A DNA stretch of 64,000 nt from the human T2T-CHM13v2.0 reference genome, Homo sapiens. The DNA lies in assembly GCF_009914755.1 (NCBI RefSeq), contig NC_060945.1. The stretch is one strand, 5' to 3'. The notes beneath the pieces were generated by a model that worked only from the letters and a program-made list of their open reading frames with translations, searched no databases and was not told the DNA's origin. This document shows positions 45,298-62,816 of the stretch, piece by piece (within the stretch, counting starts at the first letter, position 1; each line of letters starts with the position of its first letter). Position numbers and translations under genes: made by a program.

Positions 45298-45954
45298 TGT
45301 AGGTTTCTAAGGTATACAAATTAAACAATAAATAACTGTGTAATCTTTGAAATCTTTTGCTCCCAATGTCCTAGAGAAATGAGCTTCTCAGCATAGGTAA
45401 AGGAGATACAAATTTAGAAGGTAAAATGGATTGAGTATAAACCCTATAATCTGCATTTTAAATGGGAAGTATTATCGTAAACTCATTTTGGACTTTATTT
45501 GGAAATCAGCGAAGAAAAAATAACAACAAAAATTTCCTAATTTTTTACTATAAACACCTAGGAAATATGGGCTATCCCCTATTAATAATACTTTTACCGA
45601 GTGCCAAGGTACAGAGCATAAATTACTTACTTAGCTATGGACAAGATAATATACAGGATGAGTTTGCAGCTGCTGATATATTCTATAACAAGGATGCTTT
45701 CAAAGACACAGAAATCTAATAGAAGTTTCCATTGACAAAAGATGGCACATGCTTAGTTTCACAAAAAAATCAATCTATCAAATGTAATCATATCTGTAAT
45801 TTGATTATATTTCTTAAAAATACTTTATTTTTTAAAGCTTGAGAAAAAAACTATTTTGAAACCTGATAAATTCAAAGAAAGAAGTATTTATTCTAAATTT
45901 TTCCTTAGGAATTATACCACTTGGTGATCAAGCAGAAATTGATGATAATTTCTA

Positions 45955-46001
45955 TTTTTTTTTTCTTTTTGAGATGGAGTCTCACTCTGTCGCCCAGGCT
46001 G
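45955..46001 (-). mobile_element. Alu 3' stub (~30 nt plus tail)
   Basis: ttttgagatggagtctcactctgtcgcccaggctg, then an abrupt end. Confidence 0.85.
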
Positions 46002-46370
46002 AAAGATTTTGCAGATAAAAAATAAAGAGTAAACATTTGGATTAGAATATTGACTTTTTGCAATTTTCAATAAAATAATCTGTGCAATAATCACCGGTAG
46101 CTGCTAGCACCATAACAAGATGATAACCAGCTCATATGTTTCTCCTAATACAAAATATGAATTTTCTGATTAAAAAAATCAAAACAGTGCACATATATAC
46201 TATAAAATAATTGTGTCAAAATATATAAAACCTGCATCTAGATTCACCTTTCAATGCATAAGGAATACAACGAACAGAGAATACAGTTTCATTATTTTAT
46301 ATCAATACAATCAACAAAATCCAGAATGTAAGAAATGCTATGGAAACAAACTTTTTAAAATGAGAAAACA

Positions 46371-49785
<3,415 letters not shown>

Positions 49786-49793
49786 AGAAAACA

Positions 49794-50305
49794 AAAACAA
49801 TTTATTCAACAAATAAGTGGAAATGAGAGAAAGGGTCAGAAGGCAGGAAGGAAGAGAGAGGAGGGAGAGAGAAAAAACAAAAAAATAATCTTTGGAGTAA
49901 AAAAAACCTTAAAAAATCATCAATTTAAATGTCTTCCAAAGTATGGTTAAAAATGTGTGACAATTTTGACACAATTGGAAGTGTGAACATTGACATTGAA
50001 TATTAAAGTATTTGCAGATATTTTAGGTATACTACTAATGACAGTATGCTTTCAAAAAGGCTTGCCTTTTGGAGATTCATACTTAACTATCTGTGAATGA
50101 AATGCTGTGATGTCTGGAATATATTTTCTAATAAAAATAGAGGGAAGAAGTGGGTGGAGATATAGATTAAACGTGAATTGACATAAAATATAGGTACCAT
50201 CATAAGCTGGTAACTGTGAAATTTGAGTAATGAACAAAAGGAATCCATTATATCTTTGAGTCTATTTTTGAATTTTTTAGAAATTTTCCATTATAAAAGT
50301 TAAAA
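49794..50305 (+). mobile_element. Continuation of the ancient host L1M 3' end
   Basis: gaaatgctgtgatgtctggaat...tttttagaaattttccattataaaagtt. Confidence 0.55.
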
Positions 50306-50414
50306 ACAATGTTAACATTTAGAGAAAGTGATAACATTGTGTGCTTATTTTATCTTGAAGCAACATTTAATGCACTAGTCTGGAAAGAGCAACTTAAAAA
50401 GCCGCAAAGTCAGC

Positions 50415-50962
50415 TAAGAACTACATCGTCTAAAATGGTATCCACTACCCACGTGTATCTGCTACCCACGTTTATCCACTACCCACATTTCTCTTCAAGT
50501 GAAAAGTGTGTAATTCAAATTGAAATGTAATGTGATATAAACACACAATGCATTTCTTTCGTAAATATTATTTTTAATTGATAAATTATAATTGTAATCA
50601 TTTATGGAATAAAATGTTATTATTTTGATGTATGAATACAATGTGGAATGATTAAATAAAGTTAATTAATATATATCATCTCACCCATCATTTTTTATGG
50701 TGAGAAATTTGAAATTTGCTCTCTTAGTTACTTTGAAATATACACAATGAATTTCATATATAATATAAAAATGTAAAATGCCTCATTTATAATTTTCTAT
50801 TGATTATATTTGACATAACATTTTGAACATATCAGTTTATGTAACATAGCTTACTATGTAAATTCCCCCACTCATTTTACTTTCTTAATATGGCTACTAG
50901 AAAATTAAAAATTAATTTTTAATTAATTTGCATGATATTTTTATTGGTCAGTGCTGTTCTAG
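50415..50962. mobile_element. MER33-like hAT-Charlie MITE, interrupted by L1MA
   Basis: tggctactagaaaattaaaaatta...tttttattggtcagtgctgttctag terminus; internal ~18-nt triplication at 50438-50487. Confidence 0.65.
50557..50741 (-). mobile_element. L1MA 3' stub
   Basis: atacaatgtggaatgattaaat...ggtgagaaatttgaaatttgctctcttag; TSD ACACAATG(C/A)ATTTC at 50543-56 and 50742-55. Confidence 0.85.
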
Positions 50963-53900
50963 GTAATATAAGAAAGCAGGTTAAAAGATACTATAATATT
51001 AGGGACCTTTTGAAGGTTTTCTCTAAGGCAGACATATAGTTGACTTTAAATATACAGATGGTTATATGTGCTTAGGACATTTAAGGCATCAAGAACAACA
51101 AGACTGAATAACATTACTTATTCAGATAGCAGGATAAAAACCATAGAAATGAAAAAAATGAATAAACACAAAAACCTGAACTAGAATAATTATCATAATA
51201 GCTAATTTCTTAAATATTGTCAATTAAGCATAGAATGATAAAAATATTTTGTTATACATTATTTATGGAATGATTGATAGGAAGGCATATTCACAATTTT
51301 AATAAAGTTATATGTTTTAGCAAATCACTATGATAATTATAATATCCCAATGCTTCAGATGTTTAAATTTCAGTATTCAATATTCCAAAAAATAAGCCAC
51401 TTTATGCTTAATATTTTTTATAAATATCATCTGACTGTAGCACTGCATCATTTAAGATGGAGTTTGGGGGGTTAGTTTATCAGTAAATTTTATTCTCGTA
51501 AAAGTTTAAACGCTAATTTGGAAAAGAAATAAAACAACACTTACAGGTTCAGATAGAAAGGATGCCTTGCTCATATTAATTTATTTTACTATTCAAAGAA
51601 AGGAACATTTAGAAACCATCTTTACTGATAATTAATTTACTAAAATAACTTTCCAGAATTGACCAAAACTTACTCCTTGGATTTAATCATGTATCATTGC
51701 ATATATGTACCAATATTTAAAAAATAATTCTGACTCCTTTCAAAAACGATACAGTTCATTCTACTTTCCGTCACTCTTTCTCCCCCTCTACTTATCTGTG
51801 CACAAAAGTCACAGTGGACGTGCTCTTGACTGAATCTGAATCCGAACTCTATTTATCTGCTCTACGTATGTTCCCTGACCCTGTGGGCCCAAGTTCTGAC
51901 TAGCTGCAAAGCATTGGGATAATAGTATCTACTCTGATTTTTTAGAAATATGTGACTACGAGAGACAGAATGCTTTGTCAAATGTGACATCCAAATCCAT
52001 ACAAAACTGAGGTCTTCAATGCTACTGTGTAACCAATGTTTAGACTTTAAGACCTTGACTTTTTCCAAAATGTCAGAAGCTTTACTTCTGAATGTGACAC
52101 TTCATCAGGAGGCAAAGGTCTCTGATAAAAAGTCCTGGCATGTAGCAATTCTGCCAGTATAAGAACTGCGCCCACAGAACAATGTGGAGATAATCTTGTG
52201 TGAAGAATGGAAGGGAGCAAGCAGAATCTTCAAGCAGCTGTTTTGACGCAGGTGATTGGGGAGTTATTTTAAGCAGAAAGAGGAAAGTTCTTTGGGGATT
52301 CACAGTGACAGCCTCAGTCAGCCCTGCTCTGTGTCTGGATTATGGGATGGAGGATAATTGCAAGTGTCAGTCGAGACTGGTATTCAACAGCCGGGGTCTG
52401 AAATTTTCTACTTGAGCAATTTCCCAAACCTATGAGATAAGAGTGTACTATTCATGTCAAAGCTCAGGTATACACAACAGACAATGATCCAAAGTCTTAA
52501 TGGATAAACACTGCCTTGTGTGGTGTTCACTTTGAAAATGAAAATCATCAACATCAGAATGTATGCCCATCTACTTGTCTAAAAGCTTACAAAGCTGATT
52601 TATTAACACAGAAAGGAATCAAATGTCAGGCGTCTCTGGGTTTACCACAACATAGTATGGACCTCTTGTTTTCCATCTGTGGATGTAAGTCTTCACAGGT
52701 TAGAGAATCAAGAGAAATATTAAAATCACGCAGTAATGATGGATAGGGGTCCTTGACTTATTTAAAAAAAAAAAAATCACACAATTCCAGAAAACTGGCT
52801 AGAGCTTTGTAAAAGAAAAAAGAATGTAAATGTGAACTTATCTAATTCTCATGTAAATAATAGTAAACTTGAATATCTATAGGGACTGTGTTATAAAACA
52901 GAGGGGGATAAACTCTACTGGCTAAGCTACCTCAGAAAATAAATTGCCTTCCTTCTATTTCATTCTTTCTTGGACATGACTGCCCTACTACACAGAATGA
53001 TTGAACTAGATAATCGTGTGTAGGCTGCATGACCAAATAGAGAAGGTGGGGTTGCATTTTCATTGTCCAAGGAGTAGCCTATTGTTCTGCATACTTCTTT
53101 GCATGGCTATGTTAAAAATTTTCCATCAAGTAATTATTTCTACGCATTACTGAAGAACACAGGGAATATATTTGAAGCCAATTCAATTTTTAATTCATTT
53201 ACAAAGGAATTCAAAATAAATTACTCTTCCGAGATTCTTGCATTTTCTTAGGAAAATCTCTTTTCAAAGAAGAAATAAAACTAGAAAGAACATTTCAAGT
53301 TCATTTATATCAGCTTCTCACATCCTTCCCCTTTGGCACCATCAGTGTAAATGCATCTCATTCTATTTCAGTTTTCATTGGCATGGAAAAGGACTAGCAG
53401 TTCTTTTCTGGCAGCCAGCAAAACAGAAAACACAGCAAATCAGTTATTAAAATTTAAAGCACTCTTTTTTTTCTTGGCAATTGTAACTGTGACTCACAGT
53501 TCAGGAGAGTGGTGAAAATGTAAGTGTGATTTAACATCATAAAGTTTCTCGCTTAAGACCAACAATTTCACAAACTCAAGATGCCTTTAAAAAAATAAAT
53601 CTAGAGGAAGTTCATTTCCTGTTCTAAATAATTTTTCTAATCTCTGATAAAACCTTCAAGTGTAATCCTAAAAAACAAAATACAGCTCTCGTTTCTTATT
53701 TAAAAAAAGAAGAGAGAAAAGAAACAACATCACAGAAATAACTTTACTTAGAGGGAAACTGTTGTAAAGTACAGCCTGCCTGCTATTTCAAGATCCAATA
53801 CAATTTCCCAGGTTTTATATTATAAGCATCCACTTGAAGAGGAACAAAGAGAAACTTCAGTGCCAAATCAGCCCGTTGAAAAACACATATCCTCTCAAGA

Positions 53901-54424
53901 ATGATGATCTATAATTAATGCCAATCATTTGAGAAAGATTAAAAATGACATACAGCAACCCAAAGGAACAGTGTAGTGATTTCCACCCACTATTTTGATG
54001 GAGAGAAACTGTGATTACATTCAATGCAAGAGCAAGTTTGGGGGTAATGAGGATGATGAGGATGGTGACTCAGAGCACTCCAGAACACAGTTTGAGTAAA
54101 GATGATATAAAATAATAAAAGCCAATGAGATACTCAATTTAGGTTAAAATAACAACTGAAATAATTATTTGTTATAATCTTCTGCTCTCTCGACTGATTT
54201 TCATTTTATTGTACTTGCCTTGGCTAAACCTTAACGTTAGATTAAACCCAACTAATTTTCTTCGTGCTCAGGGCCCATACTTAGCTAATGACTATAGCTG
54301 GATGGCTTTATAAATGGAGAGTTTACCAAAATAAACACCTTTTTAGACATTCAACGTGTTTTATTTATCTTACGGTATTCCTCTTGTTAACCTGCTCTAG
54401 CACCCTGCAAAATAACATATTCGA

Positions 54425-55025
54425 TGTTATTCTAATTATTTATAGTTGCATAGCAAACTATTCACAAAACTTAGTGGTTTAATCAATAATTTATCATATA
54501 TATGTCTCATAGTTCTATGGATTGCCTTTGTTCAGCTGAGTAGTTATATCTTTTCCTTGCATATGGATAGTGTCTGGGGATAGAGTCATCTGAATTCTTA
54601 ATTGAATTGCTTAATTGCAGCCACATGAGTTGGCTCCAATGTGGCTTTCTTACTCACACATTCGGTATTTTGTTGCTCCTTTCTTTAGCTCTCTATGTAT
54701 GGCATCTGATCTCTGGGATCACTTGTCATAGCTTTGGCTTCTCATAACATGATGGACTCAGGACAACCACACTTCTAATATGGTCCTGTCTTCCAAGAAG
54801 GAGAATCAAAGCTGAATTTCCCATTATAGGATATATGTGGGATTGGCAGCGTCAATTTGCCTGTGTTTTATTGGCAAAAGCAGTCACTGTAACTAGTGAG
54901 ATTCAGGAAGGCTGAAAAATCGACTTCAGTTCTTAATTGGAAAGTGGTAAAGCCACAGTGCTGAAGAGCATGTGAGATGGGAAATACTGTCTCATCTCTC
55001 TTTGAAAAATTCACCTACTATCCAT
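54425..55025 (-). mobile_element. Old MLT1 (J/K-like) LTR
   Basis: gttgcatagcaaactattcacaaaacttagtggtttaa...tttattggcaaaagcagtcac. Confidence 0.6.
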
Positions 55026-55029
55026 TCTC

Positions 55030-55700
55030 TAGTATTTCAAATTTCTCAATGTCATCCCTACTTTCCTCCTCACCTATACACCATTACCCTTATAAATGCT
55101 GTCACTTCTTACTTTACAGTGAATATTGAAGTCATCAGGCGGATGCCAACTCAAATTTCCACTGCCAATTCTATAAGGCTTTCGGCATCTGTACTCACCT
55201 CTTTCTTTTTCTCTCCCATCATTAATGGAGGAAGATCTGCTTCTAGTAAAGACTCACCTCTCCGTATCTTCTATAAAGGTCATCCCTATATTCCTTTCTG
55301 CACCTTATCATGTTGCTTAACTGTTTTTCTCCAAGATCCTTGACTTCCAAATTTCTACTATTTAATTATATGTTCACAAAACATGGCTCAATTTTCTCCC
55401 ATCATTAAAACAAACAGGCTGACATGCACCAAAATACAGCGGAAGCTTCTTGGTCTTCAATGTACGCATTCAATATCCATGAGGACATAATCTTACTTGT
55501 TTCCTGTGTTTTACCACAGAAATTTTTGAAAGAGTTGTCACCATTCACTTTCTCCATATATTCTAAAGGAGCTTGTGTCAGGGTCAAAAATAAAGTATCC
55601 GGTTTCTAAATCTAAAGCCTACTCTTTAGTCTTTATCATATTAGATATCACAAGCTGCCTTTGACAGAATAGACCGTTTATTGTGGCTTAAAATACACTG
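55030..55700 (+). mobile_element. L2 fragment
   Basis: cttactttacagtgaatattgaagtcatcag; gctgcctttgacagaatagacc. Confidence 0.5.
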
Positions 55701-57259
55701 AAGTATTGCTGTTTCTGACTCAATATCTTACAATGGTTTTTAGAAAGATATCTCTTTCTGAATTTAGTTGAATTTTCCCCAAGGCCTAGAGAAGACTCAG
55801 CAGGCAGAATTGATGACCTTTTCGTCCAATGTAAAGGGCTCAGTTAGGTCAGGTTCATTGTGTCTGGTTTCCTTATCCTTTAAGATGATTTCGCTCCCAG
55901 GAATTTCCTCAGTCTCTTAGCAGAATTTTTGTGGTTCATCCCACCTAGTGCATTGGAGAGCTCCGCATCATAGTTTAGGCTAAGCTTGTACTAGGAATGT
56001 ACTGGGTGAATTAAAATATATATATATTTCATTCATGAAAACATTGGACAGTGGACTCAACATAGTCAAGTTAATAAATACTAATAAAATTTCATTTCCT
56101 TAAAAATGTAAAATGGTCACTTTTTAACAAAAATATTTGGCCAAATAAAGGACGAGAAAAGATAAAATTAAGTGTCTTAAGGCTTTAATTGGAAATAAAA
56201 ATTAAAAATGCATCAATAACCTGATCATTTTTTCATGAATTGTTTAAAATTTAGCTATGGAAATAAATTCATGAGTCTTTAAAAAATTCTATAATTATGT
56301 TTATAATGGGGAAAAACCTCAAAAGTGTATTAAATTATCTTTTTCTTGTATAATTAAACAACTGTGGCATGCTAAATTGCTCAGACCTCAATCAACTCTT
56401 TGATTTAATGCTTCACTGCAATTCTAGCAGGTGGAAATAGAAATCAAAAATAAAATTTGGTACATTTTGTGCTCTGAAATAAACTGTAATTATATGTTCT
56501 TTTATAAAATTTAGTAAATAAGAAGGAAAAAACCAGAAGCTCCGTTGGCCAGCTATTCAGAAATATCAGAAAAAGCAAAAATCTAGAATCCTGATTAGGA
56601 TTCAGAATTCTCAATAAATTAAGCTCTTTGTTCAATGATGTTAGAAGTATAAGAAGGTTTATGGGACCCCAGTTGGCAGAAGATGCTAACATTTGGCTCA
56701 TTATTACTTATATTCAAGAAGCAGTGGTGATATATAAACACTCTAAAATATTTGCTTTTTTTGTAACACCATATCTCTAAGGTACTGCACATGTAAATCA
56801 TTAACATGTAAAGAATAAAAAAAGATAACGTTTAATTCTGTATTTGCATTATCATTAATTAGTAAATTTAGATCAATATTGTGTGAACCATACATTTTCT
56901 ATTCTCTATTATGGGATATTCATGTAATTATGTGTGAATGAATATAGACACAGGACCTGTAGAAAATCAATAACTAGGATAAAAATCACATTAAGAACTA
57001 GAATATTGAGAATTTTGAGAAACTGAGAAAATTGAGAAGTTATGTGAAATGGAAATTTAGAAAATGAAGCAGACAATGTTGCAAAATATTACTTTATGTA
57101 CCTGTTTTTCTGTTTTACATAACTTACAGCTACTTTCTTTGGGAATATAATCATAATAAATGTCTATAAAATTTAAGGCATATATCAGATTATACCGCAA
57201 GTACTATGAGTTTCTATATGGTTTTGAAAATCCTAAAGGTTTTCAAACAGTGTAAAGAC

Positions 57260-58640
57260 ATTAAAGACTTTTTACTAATATTATTTTAACTATACGTGTA
57301 TATATAGTATAGTATACTTATATAGTATATTACGCTATACTTTATATACACACATACACTATAGAGTATAGTATATAGTATATACTATACTTTATTATAT
57401 GTAAAGTATATATACTGTATACTCATAGTATATACTATATACTCTATATACATAGTGCATATACTATACTCTCTATGCTATGCATAGTATACAGTATATA
57501 CTATATTCTATGTACTCTATATATAGTGTATATACTAGACTATGCTATGCATAGTATATAATATAGTTGATATAATCTATATACATAATATATATACTAA
57601 ATTCTGTATACTGTATATACATAATATATATACTATACTATATACTCATAGTATATGAGAATATATACTATATACTCATAGTATATATTATACTCTACAT
57701 AGTATATATTATTCTATAAAGTATATGCTATCTAATCACACAGAACTGCACCGTTTCCAAACAGGAAACTTTAACATTTTTGTGTCTTTTTATTCTATCT
57801 CATCCTACCCCTTTATCATACTCTGTATAGTACATACTCTGTATTGTATATACTATCTATATATGGTATATACTTTACAGTATATACTGTAGACTATATA
57901 TGATTCATTATATTATATACTATATACTATACTCTATACTCCTACTATATACTATACTCTGTATTCATACTATATACTATATTATATATACTATACTCTA
58001 TATAGATATTATATGCTATACATCATAATAGTGTATATTTCATCAATTATTTAGTTGCAGTTGTATAAAAATGTTACAACAAATGCTAGAGTCCTTCCCT
58101 TTCTTTCTCAGTTTACAGAGGCATTGGTTACCTAGTATTCACCAAATGAGTATAAGGAGTTTTTATCAAGTTAAAAAAAATTATCATTTTTCATCAGTAA
58201 TTAATTTCCACCAACTTTTCAGTAACGTGAAGTGATGAAGTATACACTACTATGGTATACTATAGTGTACAGTATACTATATACCATTTACTCCCATCAT
58301 TAATGGGGTTATATACTATATACTATAATATATAGTATAGTACATTATACTATATGTATACTACACTATAATACGTATACACACATACTATACAAATTAT
58401 ACTATATACTATATAGTATCATATACTATACTGTATATACACACATATAGTATATAGTATAGTATGCTATAATATACAGTACAGTATTATATATACATAA
58501 ATAGTTATAGTGTACAGTGTAGTATAGTATACCATAGTATGTATCACACATAGTTAAAATATTAGAAAAAATTTTTAATATACACATATATGTATACACA
58601 CACATATATACACACATATTTATATATATAGGTACACATA
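57260..58640. repeat. Complex (TA/TATAC/GTATA)n low-complexity array with embedded unique islands
   Basis: Read directly; islands at 57733-57819, about 58022-58240 and 58291-58306. Confidence 0.9.
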
Positions 58641-59059
58641 TAATGTTATTTAGTTTTTATTTATATCTAAATTTGTGCTATGGCTAGCCCTCATGTCACA
58701 TTTTTGTGAGAAAAGACTTTAAGAATCAGTTCTATGGTGAACTGTTTGAACTCTCTGTTAACTTTTCTAATAATACAGAACAAAAAATATAGAGATCATA
58801 AAAATCAGCTGGGAAAGAACTGACTTGGAAAGAGAATAAAGACATAGGCAACATAAAACATAACCAACCTAATCCATATTTAAGCTTTTTTTCAGCTAGT
58901 TATGCATCAGATAGAAAAGCATAGGCTGTAATGTGTTTGTTACAAATGATTTTTTAAAGAGTATTAGTCAGACATATTATTCAAATTCAAATAGCTTGTA
59001 AAATCCATAATATTAAGTCTTTAAGTGAAGAAAGACAAACTTGATAAGTTAATATAGTT

Positions 59060-59320
59060 TTTGTGTCTGATAGTTAAGTCTAAAAGTAAAGGCTCTACAA
59101 TTGAAACATTCTGGGTCTAAATCTCAGTTTGTATTACTTTGTGATGGTGGACAATTTGCTGAGCCTTTTTTTCTGAGTCTTAGATATTTTTATCTGTACA
59201 AGAGGCTTAGCAATAGCACCAACTTCATGAAATTGTTAGGAATATGACATGGTAAATGGAAATAAAGCAGTTATTCTAATGTCTGACAGAAGAAAGAGCC
59301 CAAATAAATTGTTAACATAG
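59060..59320 (+). mobile_element. MIR
   Basis: ctgggtctaaatctcagttt...tttatctgtacaagagg...aatagcacc. Confidence 0.55.
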
Positions 59321-59511
59321 CTTTAATCAATTAGCTACCTCATGTATTCCAAAATTATATGATTCAAATTTACATTCACAGAGTAATTACTTCGCTTGCC
59401 TCTCTTCACCTTTGGTTAGTTACTATCTTTATGTTTATTTCTTCCATTTTCTTGATCCTTTTTCTCTCTATTGTCCTTCTTACACCCACAGGCAAGGCTA
59501 CGACACGATTA

Positions 59512-59806
59512 CTATTGACTAAATTATGCCCGTGCCCAAATTCAGACGTTGAAGTCCTAACCCCTAGCCCCCCTCAGAAGGTGACTGTAATTGGAGATAG
59601 GACCTTAATGAGGTATGTAATGTTAGAAGAGGTAATCTGAGTGAGCCCTAATCCAATATGACCTGTGATTTTTTTAAGAAGAGGCAGAACCACTACAGAT
59701 GCTTGTTCACAGAGAGGTCATGTGAGAACACAGCGAGAAGGCAGGACAAGGAGAGAGGCTTCAGGAAAAAATAACCCTGATGACACCTTGATCTCGGACT
59801 TCCACT
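59512..59806 (+). mobile_element. MLT1B-like LTR, 3'-truncated
   Basis: ccaaattcagacgttgaagtcctaacccc...gacaccttgatctcggacttcca, then stops. Confidence 0.8.
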
Positions 59807-60303
59807 CTTAATGACACAGAACGGCATCACTTGCAAACTGAAAACTTAAACGTTTTTGTGTCTATTTATTCTATCTCATCCTTCCCCTTTATCATCTGAT
59901 CATGTTTAGTGCATCTGATATTTTCCTTCATCTGATCATGTATTCTTCAGAAATTTTCCATGTATTAGTTTTTCATTCTACTTTTAGTCTTAATTTTTTT
60001 TTTTGTTATCCTGTCTACATTGAACCATGTCAGTTGTCCTATCCAGAGCACTCTTGATTTTCCTCTGACCTTTAATGAGATCAAACATAAAACTTGCTAT
60101 GTTTGGATGAGCCTTTCTTCACTTACCACCGCATCACTGCTAACGTTGCAAAGGAAAATTGTAAATATAGATGATTGTCTACTTAAAATTCCTGTCACTC
60201 AGAATTAGGTAATTTCTCATTGTTAACTTTTACTCATTTAAATTATTTTACTTAATACATAATCTAATATGTCCTTTTCCACTTTTATTAAGCTCCCAAA
60301 TAA

Positions 60304-60684
<381 letters not shown>

Positions 60685-62479
60685 AAGTTTGTCTTCTGAA
60701 TAGCTTCCTCAACACATTGCATAAGACAACAGCTTGTCTATTTAAACTTACATAAGTACACACATGCACACATACATATAACAGTTGTGAATTTTGTCAC
60801 AGAGCTTACAGAATTTCTATAAACTTTATGTTCTACCCACCATATTTATTTTGGTTTCTCAAGATTATATTTTATTATCTTCCACCCTTCCCAATTTCTC
60901 TTTATGTCACCTTTATAGAGTGATTGCCCTATTGGAATGTATCCCTGGGTTTAAATCTTAACTTTTCTATAAAGTCATTTATCTTATTGTTCCTTTGACA
61001 CCACACACAACAGCCAAGAACATGTCCTTCCCCACTCGTGTATCCAGGCCAGATACATGAAGCAACACAATCTGGTTCTCTGGGCCCAGTGGAAAAGGCT
61101 AAGTCTTCTTTCTATTGGGGAGATCAGTTACTTGGCTTCCTTATTTCACCCTGTTACTTTCAAAAGCTGACCTGGGTTCCTAATTAATTGAAAAAATGTA
61201 AAACTTATTTTTACTATGTACTTTCAGAACTTTCTTTATGCATGAAACTTCCCTTTATGTTCATCCACCTTCTCTTTATTCTGTTCTATCTTTGAGTGAG
61301 ACGTTGACTATCATTTCACCAGAGCCAATTCTGCCATTTGTATCCTCTGTTCAATCTATTCTATCTCTAGGGATTTTGTTCCATTATTTCCTTATTCTGC
61401 CATGCTTCTCAAATCTTTCTCCATGGAACCCTTTTAACTACAAAAATTCTTATGATTTTCTAAGCTTCAAACCCATTTTCTCTTGCTACCACTCTAATAT
61501 AATATCTTCTCTATTTCATTATAATTGACATCAAATTTCTCTGTCTCTCCTTTAGCTCTGCTAGTCTTTCATCTCATTACTCTTTTAACATTACAACAAT
61601 GACTTCACAATGGCAACTTTCATAGCATTTCCAGAAACCTCTTCCTTCTCAACTACTCAGTACCATTTTATAAAAGGCTCCACTTTTCTAGGTCTATAAT
61701 CTCTTATACAGGATTGAAAAAATTGCAGAATGCTAATGAGAGTCACGTTCTAAAAATTACTTTCTGGGAAATAAGTAAGCTAAGGAAAGAGAGAATTGAA
61801 GCCCACATGCTTTAAGAAAGGATGAAGATTCAGAGTTCAAAATGATGATGATTGTAGGAGCGTGTATGTCTCATATGAATCATTTGATACTAGGTGATGA
61901 TTTCATAGAAATCATTAAAAGATAGCTAGGGCTTAAGAATATAAGAACAACAACAAAAAAAGAAAGCTGTTTTACTGATAACTCTGTAAAACACTGAAGC
62001 ACAAATCAGAATACATTGGTTCTGCAATAGCAAAGGAACAAAGAGTGACTGGCAATCTTCGTGTTTCACAAACTATTAGAACATGTGTTCATTCTTCATA
62101 GAACTTATAACATAATTAATGTATGAGAGTCCATTATTTTGTAATGTAAAGTATGAGAGTGTCTACACACATTTTTGGTTTTTTTTCTGGGGACTATTAT
62201 TAAAATAAAAAATACTTTCATCTTTAGATGCAGCATTGACACCTAAGAATCTATACAAAAGAAATAAAAGTGAAGTCATGTAAAGGTATATGTACAAGGA
62301 TGTTAATTTCAGCATTTTTTTAAGTAGCAAAAATTAGAAACAGAGATCTTGTCATCAGTTTTAAAAAATAGACAAAGCATGGTGTATACACCAGGAAAAT
62401 ACATGCCATAAAAATTACACAGCCATTAAAAATATTAATTTCCATTATTCCAGTTTAACTAGAAGAGTTCTCTAAGTCG

Positions 62480-62816
62480 TTTTTTTGTTTTGTTTTGTTT
62501 TGTTTTGTTTTGTTTTGTTTTGTTTTGTTTGAGATGGAGTCTCCCTCTGTCGCCCAGGCTGGAGTGCAGTGGCGCGATCTCGGCTCACTGCAAGCTCCGC
62601 CTCCCGGATTCACGCCATTCTCCTGACTCAGCCTCCTAAATAACTGGGACTACAGGTGGCCGTCACCTTGCCCCGGTTAATTTTGTTTTTATATTTTTAG
62701 TAGAGACGGGGTTTCACCGTGTTAGCCAGGATGGTCCCGATCTCCTGACCTCGTGATCTGCCCGCCTCGGTCTCCCAAGGGGCTGGGATTACAGGCGTGA
62801 GCCACCGCGCCCGGCC
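62480..62816 (-). mobile_element. AluY with (GTTTT)n tail
   Basis: caagctccgcc, cacgccattc, accgtgttagcc; TSD CTCTAAGTC(G/A)TTTTT. Confidence 0.95.
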
